Assembly: GCF_020745735.1 (NCBI RefSeq)
Contig: NC_083435.1
Span: forward strand, 37,907,090 to 37,971,089
Direction of reading: 5' to 3'
Source of the DNA: Hemiscyllium ocellatum
Lineage: Eukaryota
Length of the DNA stretch: 64,000 nt
This document shows, piece after piece, positions 50,555 through 59,862 of the stretch. A model generated the notes under the pieces. The model was not told the DNA's origin, ran no database searches, and saw nothing but the letters and a program-made list of their open reading frames with translations. Every line of letters begins with the position of its first letter. Position 1 is the first letter of the stretch. The position numbers were made by a program, and so were the translations under genes.

Positions 50555-50980
50555 CAAAGATAATTATCCAGAGGTGGTCTGACACTATTAAAGAGGTACC
50601 TGAGAAGATTTATTCATTTTGTCTGTACACAAACCAACGTGGGATTATCAATGGACACATTTTTAGGGGCAAAAATATCCCAATGCCAAAGGCATTATTG
50701 CCAAGGTATCATGCCCTCATTCAAACAGGGCCATATAGGAATTAAACACACTAGACAACTAGGTAAAAACAACGACTGCAGATGCTGGAAACCAGATTCT
50801 GGATTAGTGGTGCTGGAAGATTTTATTCCTGATGAAGGGCTTTTGCCCGAAACGTCGATTTCGCTGCTCCTTGGATGCTGCCTGAACTGCTGTGCTCTTC
50901 CAGCACCACTAATCCAGACACTAGACAACTAGCCGAGGAGCCTATGTGCTGGCCAGGGATGAATCAGGATATTCAATGGC
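50555..50980 (+). mobile_element. Gypsy LTR-retrotransposon pol remnant (integrase Zn-finger region), split by a Penelope insert
   Basis: GIINGHIFRGKN...GHIGIKHTRQL | AEEPMCWPGMNQDI resembles GH.GI.KT..LAR..VYWPGM..DI; continuous once 50763-50932 is removed. Confidence 0.65.
50763..50917. mobile_element. Penelope-derived foldback insert with hammerhead (50825-50860) and 15-bp TSD
   Basis: acactagacaactag at 50748-50762 and 50918-50932; 23-bp inverted arms tctggattagtggtgctggaaga / tcttccagcaccactaatccaga. Confidence 0.85.
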
Positions 50981-51059
50981 TGGTGAATGTGAGTGAAAGG
51001 TTATGTGTGTGAGTGTACGAGTGAATATGGGTGTCTTCATGAGAGGTTGTGTATTTGTG

Positions 51060-51210
51060 TGGGAGTTGAAAATGTGTCGCTGGAAAAGCGCAGCAGGTCA
51101 GGCAGCATCCAAGGAGCAGGAGAATCGACGTTTCGGGCATGAGGCCTTCTTCAGGAATGAGGAAAGTGTGTCCAGCAGGCTAAGATAAAAGGTAGGGAGG
51201 AGGGACTATT
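51060..51210 (-). mobile_element. Penelope tail with hammerhead motif (51123-51158)
   Basis: Minus strand attc-CTGAAGA-aggcctcatgccc-GAAACGTC-gatt. Confidence 0.7.
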
Positions 51211-51658
51211 TGTGTGGGAGTGCATGTCAGAACAAGTGTGGGTTTGTGTGACTGTGAGTGCGTGTAGGAGTGAGGGGGAGGGCCACTAATTATTTTGTGA
51301 GAATTAACATGTGTGCATTGATGTCCAACACTCTTCAGTTGTTACTCAAATAAGAGGAGGTTCTGACTCCACGCTAAAGTTGCCACCTGATACCTGATTT
51401 CAGGGAGCTATTTTTGGGAAGTCATGTGATAGAAAGTCCCTAAGTCTGGGAGATCGGCAGCTTTCAGTTTTAACATAAACAGCTCAGAGCATGGCGCCAC
51501 CTCTCAGAGAGCAATCAACCAATAGTAAACAAGCAGTCCCAGCATCACTGGTTAATGGGTAAACCTGGTGCCTTGCCCTATATTGCTGTTCGCTGGCCCA
51601 GTCACCTCCAACCCTCACTACCCAAGCTCAATAACGGCAGCATGGCAATGTTAAGCTA

Positions 51659-51835
51659 CAAATCACACAACACCAGGTTATAGTCCAACAGGTTTAATTG
51701 GAAGCACACTAACTTTCAGGTGACTACCAGCTGATGAAGGAGCGTCGCTCCGAAAGCTAGTGTGCTTCCAATTAAACCTGTTGGACTATAACCTGGTGTT
51801 GTTTGACTTTTAGCTTTGTACACTCCAGTCTAAAT
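51659..51835. mobile_element. Penelope-derived foldback insert (CUA-type hammerhead 51728-51762) with 12-bp TSD
   Basis: aatgttaagcta at 51647-51658 and 51836-51847; ~60-bp inverted arms. Confidence 0.82.
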
Positions 51836-51849
51836 AATGTTAAGCTATG

Positions 51850-52270
51850 ACTGCTTACTGTCTCTCACTTGCTTTCTCTTACATTTTCTCACCTATCTCT
51901 CTTTCTCTCTCTTCCACTCACTCCTCCCTCTCTCCATCACTTGCTCCATCTTACCCTTCTCTCTCACTTTCCCTTCCTCTCACTTCTTCATTCTTGCTGC
52001 CACCCCTGCATTCCCTCTTTCCTTCTGCCTCCACTCGCAAGCGTCATTTTTTTTAAACCATCTTTTGCTCATTGTCCCCTCTCCCTCCCTCTGATCTTTC
52101 TCCTTCACTTCATAGGTGTCCTATTTGCTTTTATTCTGCTTCTTTACACTTTGGTTCATCCCCTCCTTCTCACTTTCCATCGCCCCGACCTATTCTCTCT
52201 TGCCTCCTCACACTCAACCCCCTCACCCTCTTTCTTTCTTCCTCTCTCGTCGTCCCCTCCACTTGGAGAG
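51850..52270 (+). repeat. Pyrimidine (CT)-rich low-complexity tract
   Basis: C/T-dominated + strand; the overlapping Leu/Ser/Pro ORFs are artefacts. Confidence 0.75.
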
Positions 52271-53319
52271 ACACTCCTGAAAAGCCGAGCTCCAAATCTA
52301 TGTTTTTGGACATTTACCAGGCTCAGTGTCAAACATTATGTTACTGAACTCCTGTTAACTGTCTGCAGAGACTATATTTATAGTAGTTCAGTCACTGGAT
52401 ATGTGTGCGTTATATTTCTGCAGTTCAGAGACTGGATTCTCGCTGATGAGTGTCATATTTAGTGTGGTTTCAGAACAGGATCCTCACTGTTGTGTAATAA
52501 AAGCAGAAAATGCTGCTCTAGCCAGACCGAGAGAGATAGAGTTAAAAAGTTCAGATCGATAACCTGTCTTCTTTTATTTTGAGTGAAAATCAAGTCAAAT
52601 CCTCTTTATTAGCTGAGTTTAATTGATTCGTCCACTTACTTCCTGGGAATGTGCAACATTACATCAAGCCCAAAGATTAGGAATGTGGGCCTGAAATGTG
52701 ACCACAAACATGACAAAAGGTTTTTCAAAAGACTAAAAAATGGAATGACAATTCCCACAACCGATATGTACATGATCCACAGAGCCCACAGGACTGCAAA
52801 CTAAACAGGTGGGCTGGGGGTCAGTGAAGCTCTGCAATCTGTGGTTATACGGGACTGTACCGTGCACCACCCTCCACCCCAGGTCCCACTGGAAGTTACC
52901 TTTTTATAAATACCTGGAAGTGCTCTTCTACACAACTGAACATTTCTCTCCCCCCTTCACCACCTCATTCATATGGGCAATGCAGACGGTCAAAGGTGAG
53001 GATGGGGAGGTGAATGGAAGAGGGCTAAATTAAATGGGGTTAGTAATTTCCTTTTATTTTATTAAACAGCACAAAATACACGGTTAACAATAAACAGAAA
53101 GCAGCAGACGAAAGAGCAGCAAATCCCAACCCCAAGGCCCACCAGTTTTCAGGGAGGTGAGGACAAATCTCAAGTCCCACTTCCAATCATCACAAAGTTA
53201 ATGGTAACAAACACAAGTAAGACAGTGCAATCGAATGAGAAACAGCGCAAAGAACACAGACTCAATATAGCTATTAAAAAGATACCTGACACCTGTCCAC
53301 ACCTCACACACACTGGGAG

Positions 53320-53511
53320 AAAGTGAGGACAGCAGATGCTGGACTACCCGGAGTTGAAAAATGTGGTGCTGGAAAAACACAGCAGGCCAGGCAGCTTCTG
53401 AGGAGCAGGAGAATCGACGTTTCAGGAAGGGCTTATGCCCGAAACGTCGATTCTCCTGCTCCTCGGATGCTGCCTGGCCTGCTGTGTTTTTCCAGCACCA
53501 CATTTTTCAAC
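53320..53511. mobile_element. Penelope-tail foldback: 71-bp inverted repeat with 17-nt loop
   Basis: Arms 53353-53423 and 53441-53511, 69/71 complementary. Confidence 0.88.
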
Positions 53512-53719
53512 CCACACCACACGCTGATCAGACTGTCCTTGGCTAGCCTTCCTACAGGACAGTCATCAGCCTTCTGGTGTCTGCCTGCCCTACATACTGA
53601 CTGACCCTCCCCAGGCCCGCTTTCCCCCAGGTCGGGCATCGCCCACCCAGCTCCCAGTCGCCCCACGTACTGACTGACCCTCCCCAGGCTGGCTTTCCTC
53701 CGGGCTGATCATTAACATG

Positions 53720-55420
53720 GTAAAAACAATGACTGCAGATGCTGGAAACCAGATTCTGGATTAGAGTGGTGCTGGAAGAGCACAGCAGTTCAGGCAGCAT
53801 CTGAGGAGCAGGAAAATTGACATTTCGGACAAAAGCCCTTCATCAGGAATAAAGGCAGAGAGCCTGAAGGGTGGAGAGATAAATGAGAGGAGGGTGGGGG
53901 TGGGGAGAAAGTAGCATAGAGTACAATAGGTGAGTGGGGGAGGGGATGAAGGTGATAGGTCGGGGGCAGGGGGAGGGTGGAATGGATAGGTGGAAAAGGA
54001 GCTAGGCAGGTAGGACAAGTCATGGGGACAGTGCTGAGCTGGAAGTTTGGAACTGGGGTGAGGTGGGGGAAGGGGAAATGAGGAAACTGTTGAAGTCCAC
54101 ATTGATGCCCTGGGGTTGAAGTGTTCCGAGGTGGAAGATGAGGCGTTCTGTCTCCAGGCGTCTGGTGGTGAGGGAGCAGCAGCGGCAGTGAAGGAGGCCC
54201 AGGACCTCCATGTCCCTGGCAGAGTGGGAGGGGAAGTTGAAATGTTGGGCCACGGGGCGGTGTGGTTGATTGGTGTGGGTGTCCCGGAGATGTTCCCTAA
54301 AGCGCTCTGCTAGGAGGCACCCAGTCTCCCCAATGTAGAGGAGACCGCATCGGGAGCAACGGATACAATAAATGATATTGGTGGATGTGCAGATAAAACT
54401 TTGATGGATGTGGAAGGCTCCTTTAGGGCCTTGGATAGAGGTGAGGGAGGAGGTGTGGGCGCAGGTTTTACAGTTCCTACGGTGGCAGGGGAAGGTGCCA
54501 GGATGGGAGGGTAGGTTGTTGGGGGGCATGAACCTGACCAAGTAGTCACGGAGGGAACGGTCTTTGCGGAAGGCGGAAAGGGGTGGGGAGGGAAATATAT
54601 CCCTGGTGGTGGGGTCTGTTTGGAGGTGGCGGAAATGTCGGCGGATGATGTGGTTTATGCAAAGGTTGGTAGGGTGGAAGGTGAGCACCAGGGGCATTCT
54701 GTCCTTGTTACGGTTGGAGGGGTGGGGTCTGAGGGCGGAGGTGCAGGACGTGGACGAGATGCGTTGGAAGGCATCTTTAACCACATGGGAAGGGAAATTG
54801 CGGTCTCTAAAGAAGGAGGCCATCTGGTGTGTTCTGTGGTGGAACTGGTCCTCCTGGGAGCAGATACGGCAGAGGCGGAGGAACTAGGAATATAGGATGG
54901 CATTTTTGCAGGAGGTAGGGTGGGAAGAGGTGTAATCCAGGTAGCTGTGGGAGTCGGTAGGTTTGTTAAAAAAAATGAAGGTTGTCATTAATGGAGATGG
55001 AGAGGTCCAGGAAGGGGAGGGAGGTGTCAGAGATGGTCCAGGTAAATTTACGGTCAGGGTGGAATGTGTTGGTGAAGTTGATGAATTGCTCAACCTCCTC
55101 GCGGGAGCACGAGGTGGCGCCAATGCAGTCATCAATGTAGCGGAGGAAGAGGTGGGGAGTGGTGCCGGTGTAATTACGGAAGATCAACTGTTCTACGTAG
55201 CCAAGAAAGAGACAGGCATAGCTGGGCCCATCGTGTGCCCATGGCTACCCCTTTGGTCTGGGGGAAGTGGGAGGATTCAAAGGAGAAATTGTTAAGGGTG
55301 AGGACCAGTTCGGCCAATCGAAAGAGTGTTGGTGGAAGGGTCCTGTTGGGGACATCGGGAGAGGAACAAACGGATGTCTTGGAGGCCCTGGTCACCCAAC
55401 TCCCAGTCACCCTGCGTACT
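53720..55420 (-). mobile_element. 5'-truncated Penelope-like retroelement (Neptune-type): RT C-terminal part, Cys-rich linker, GIY-YIG
   Basis: AMGT and RYIDD in broken frames at 54966-55461; ORF 54020-54823 has CHRRNCKTC...CSRCGLLYIGETG...RFREH; decayed hammerhead at 53814-53850. Confidence 0.9.
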
Positions 55421-55791
55421 GACTGACCCTTCCCAGGCCTGCTTTCCTCCGGGCTGGTCATTAACCACCCAGCTCCCAGTTACCCTGCATACTAACCGGA
55501 TTACCCCGGGTGTAATTTCCTTTTATATCTAATTAATTAATGAATTAAACACAATCCCTGCTTAATTATGTGCTCGGTTAACAGATCCCACCCCAAAGTT
55601 CTAATCTTTGAAAACACAATATGACATTTAATGACAAAGCAGTCCAACAAAAGTTGAATTTTTGATGTTCTTATAGCTGCTCCTACCATGAGGCATATCT
55701 CTGAGGATTTCCAAAGATCCTTGAGGTGAACACCTTCGGTTTGATTAAACAACCTTCCCATCAGTGACTTGAGTCAACCCATGTTATTTTA

Positions 55792-56002
55792 TGGTTTGGA
55801 GATGCCGGTGTTGGACTGGGGTGTATAAAGTTAAAAATCACACAACACCAGGTTATAGTCCACCAGGTTTAATTGGAAGCACACTAGCTTTCGGAGCGAC
55901 GCTCCTTCACCTGACAATCACCTGAGGAAGGAGTGATGCTCCGAAAGCTAGCGCTTCCAATTAAACCAGTTGGACTATAACCTGGTGTTGTGTGATTTTA
56001 AA
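55792..56002. mobile_element. Penelope-derived foldback insert (CUA-type hammerhead 55918-55953) with 12-bp TSD
   Basis: catgtta(t/g)ttta at 55780-55791 and 56003-56014; inverted aatcacacaacaccaggttatagtcc arms. Confidence 0.8.
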
Positions 56003-56249
56003 CATGTTAGTTTAGAAATCTTGTTTCTTTTTAACATTTCCTTTAAGTGAGCAAGGGCAAATCTCAATGTTTTCTCAGCAAACACCCTTTGTCAAATAAA
56101 CAAAGAGAAAGATTGTCCACATAATATTCAACGGGCAAACATTTTGCAGATTTATCCTTGTATAGGATTTCCTTCAGAATATTTGATTAATAACCCCCTA
56201 TATTTATACCTTCTACTAACACTGAAAGCTCAGCAGCTAAGGTACTTTT

Positions 56250-57420
56250 AACTACCATTATTATTTCTTAGAATCCCAAGCGAATGGAATACACTTATTA
56301 ATCTTTCCCACCAGGAATGTGATAAATCTTGTTGTACATGTCTGGCCAGCCAGAAGATTAGCTTGTGAGGCATCTCCAGAAAAGACTACTCCATCTCTTC
56401 CGGATCACCCAAGTTTGGATCACCAAGATGTTTGTGAATTGAGTTTGGTTCCTGTTTAATTTTGTGCACAGTAGCATGTTCCATCATGGTGCACAGGTCC
56501 AGTACTGCACGAGTGCAAAAGCAGGTATTGGTCCAGTCAGACTTCTCTGTTTCTTCTTTGGATGTCAAAGAGTGTGGTGCTGGAAAAAACACACCTGGTC
56601 AGGCAGCATCCATGGAGCAGGAGAATCAATGTTTCAAGCAGCCTGAAATGTGTCATTCCTGATGAAGGGCTTATACCTGAAACGTCAATCCTCCTGCTCC
56701 TCGGATGCTGCCTGACCTGCTGTGCTTTTCCAGCAGCACACTCTTCGACTCTGATCTGCAGCATCTGTAGTCCTCACTTTCTGCATGTTTCTTCCTTCGA
56801 TGTAAAAATCATCTCTCTGTGAGGACCTAGGCCAATTTGCCAGGGTGTGATTAACATATTCGAAATAAGACTGTTGATCAAAAGTCACTCCTGAATTATT
56901 CTGCTTAATGTCTAACCCTAGATATATTAAGCTTCTTAAAGCCTAGCGTTCTTTCTTAAATTCTACTTTCATTTTACATGTTGCTCAAATTCTAAGACCA
57001 TCAATATGCATCATAAAGACGCCTGTCAGTTTCTCCTTGTGATACCAGGAGATCTTTACTGGGTTTGGTTTAAGCTGAATACAAATACGTTCAGCAAGAC
57101 AGAGTTGACTGAAAAATTCCATATCCTTAACTGCATCATTTAAATCAGAAACTTATTTGTCTACTTTTTGCAGATTTTAGAATAAACTCAGTGGACAGCG
57201 ACTGCAAGTAGCCCATATCACAGGCATCCAATACATATCAATCTCATTGTATCCTCATGATGCATCTCTGATTCAATTGTAAAACAGTCCTGCAATTTAT
57301 TGCTGTACTTTGGGGCACACTGACACCTTTCCTTTCAACGCTACTGCAAGGAGACTTTGTGCATTGGGACTGGCACCCAGCTCGTGGATTTGATCATGGT
57401 CACTATCCTTTTGTGGGATT
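56250..57420 (-). mobile_element. Decayed Ty1/Copia-like pol (RT to RNase H), interrupted by a Penelope foldback at 56566-56785
   Basis: DLNDA...CIQLKPNP..ISWYHKEKLTGVFMMHIDG (HVDD region), VLDLCTMMEHATV, GDPEEM, DASQANL...FITFLVG (RNase H start), in the expected order. Confidence 0.6.
56566..56785. mobile_element. Penelope-derived foldback insert with decayed hammerhead and ~18-bp TSD
   Basis: tgtttcttctttggatgt (56548-56565) vs tgtttcttccttcgatgt (56786-56803), 2 mismatches. Confidence 0.72.
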
Positions 57421-57429
57421 GCTAGTCTC

Positions 57430-57650
57430 TAGACTGTGGCTATAGCATTGATCCTGATGACAACCTCAGAACAGGCTGGCAGCATCTGGTGTTGTGGTCT
57501 CCTCTGCCTGTCCTGGAGAAGATGATGGTCCTCCTCTGCACTGCCCCATCCACCAGGACCTGCCTGCAAAGCAAGAGCCAGTTCCCCTTTGTCGGACATG
57601 CCTGGGGCCATTGACAGTAACACCAGCCTGACAGCACTTGATTCAGTGCA
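57430..57650 (-). pseudogene. Decayed PIF/Harbinger Myb/SANT-like ORF fragment
   Basis: VLVDGAVQRRTIIFS...QMLPACSEVVIRINAIATV; homologous to 7178-7313. Confidence 0.5.
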
Positions 57651-58596
57651 CAAGTGGCGCAGGCATCAGGAGTCCTGGGATGTCCACCAAGAGTTACTGG
57701 GGAATATGACAAGTGGGATATCTTAGGGGCTGGTGCATAGGTAATGACAGCCTGTGAAAACTCTTACGTCTCACAGAGAAAAGCCCTCCAGGGAATTTGC
57801 CAGAATTGACTGAGTTTATTTTGGGTAATTTCTCCCATTTCCTACCTGCTGTATTTTGATTTGATTTAGTTTATTATTGTCACATGTACCTAGTTACAGT
57901 GAAAAGTTTCGTTTTGTGCGCAGATCATAACGTACAAAAATTATAGGGTGATGAAAAGAGCGAGGAGAACAATGTTACGGTTACACAGAAGGTGCACAGA
58001 GAGCCAGATCAACATTAAATTTAAAATTTGAGAGGTCCATTCAGAAATCTAATAATAGTAGGGAAGAAGCTGCTCTTGAACCTGTTTGTATGTGTTTAAG
58101 CTTTGTATCTTCTGCCTGTCAGAGGCGGTTGGAAGCGATTAGAACTGGGATGGGAAGTTGGCTGCCTTTCTGAGGCAATGAGAAACGTAGATGGAGTCAA
58201 TGGATGGAAGGTCGGTTTGTGTGATGGACTGGGCCATGTTCACAACTTGCTTTAGTTTCTGATGGTCCTGGGCAGAACAGTTTAGCAAGATAATCACTGC
58301 TGTGTGATATTCACTTGGTGTAGCACATGCATTGTCATTTGTGGACTTTGTAATCACTGCTGTGTTACATTCACTGTAATTTAGTGACTAGATACTAACT
58401 AGTGTGTTAATTTTACTGTGGCTTATTGACCAGATAATCACTGGGATGATATGTGCACTGTAGGTTAACTATCTAATCATGAGTGTGTTATCATCACTGG
58501 AGTGTTGCACCTCATTGAGTAGTGCACTAGAAATCAAACCATGCTGTTACCAGAATTATCATAAATGTGAAAGATTTTATTGCTGCCCCTCATGTC

Positions 58597-58740
58597 CAGG
58601 GATGTGCAAGCTAGGTAGATTAGCCATGGGAAATGCAGGGTTACTGGGAAAGGGCAGGGCATGAGTCTAGGTGGAATCCTCTTCAGAGGGTTGGTGTGGA
58701 CTTGATAGGCTGAAAGGCCTGGTTCCACACTCCAGGGATG
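58597..58740 (+). mobile_element. 5'-truncated HE1-like SINE
   Basis: gatgtgcaagctaggtagattagccatg... to gttccacact tail. Confidence 0.65.
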
Positions 58741-58744
58741 AGAC

Positions 58745-59862
58745 CACAGGAGCAGAAATTAGGCCATTGGGCCCATCGGGTCTGCCCCACCATTCAATCA
58801 TGGCAGATAGGCTTTACAATCCCCCATTTCTCCCCATAACCTTTGATCCCTTTGGCAAGCAAGAACTCATCTACCTCTGTTTAAATATACTCAATGACCT
58901 GGCTTCCACAGCCTTCTGTGGCACCACTCTCTGGCTGAAGATGTTTCTCCTTATCTCCGTTCTAAAAGCTCTTCCCTTTACTCTAAGGCTGTGCCCTCAG
59001 GTCCTGGTCTCTCCTACCAATGGAAACATCTTCTCAACATCCACTCTGTCCAGGCCATTCAGTATTCTGTATGTTTCAATCAGATTCCACCCCCCCCCCA
59101 GCCTCATTCATCTAACCTCCATCAAGTACAAACCCAGAGTCCTCAAACATTCCTCATATGTTAAGCTGTTCATTCCTGGGACCGTTCTCATGAACCTCCT
59201 CTGAACACGCTCCAGTGCCAGTACATCCTTCCTGAGATACAGGGCCCAAAACTGCTCACAATACTCCAAATGTGACCTGACCACAGCCTTATAGAGCCTC
59301 AGCGGTACATCCCTGCTTTTATATTCTAGTCCTCTCGGGATGAATAAAAACATTGAGTCGGTAGTTAGGGAGGCAAAAAACAATCTGCAAGTTTACCTCA
59401 AGAGACTCCCACAAACTCCCAAGTCTCTTGGCACTTCAGATTTCTGAATTTTCTCCCCATTTACAGTCCATGCCTCTATACTTACTACCAAAGTGCACTT
59501 CCCCATGTTGTACTCCATCAGCCACTTCTTTGCCCACTCTCCTAACCTGTCCAAATCCTTCCGCAGCCTCCCTGCCTCCTCAATGCTACCTGTCCCTTGA
59601 CCTATCTTTGTGTTGTCTGCAAACTTAGCCAGAATGCCCTCAGTTCCTTCATCTAGATCACTAATGTATAAAGTGAAAAGCTATGATCCTAGCTCTGAGC
59701 CTTGCAGAACACCACTGCCATCCTGAGAAGGACCCTTTTATCCCCACTCTCTGCTGTCTGCCAGACAGCCAAGTTTCTATCCATGTTGGCACCTTGCCTC
59801 TAACACCATGGGCCCTTATCTTACTGTGTAGCCTCCTGTGTGGTACCTTCTCAAAGGCCTTC
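58745..59862 (-). mobile_element. CR1-type LINE RT/C-terminal fragment, host of the Tx1 insertion
   Basis: KAFEKVPHRRLHSKIRAHGVRGKVPTWIETWLSGRQQRVGI; LRLYKAVVRSHLEYCEQFWALYLRKDVLALERVQRRF. Confidence 0.9.

Noticed and set aside
52640-52649. Isolated STAT-type site TTCCTGGGAA
   Set aside because: A single short motif with no supporting cluster; expected by chance.
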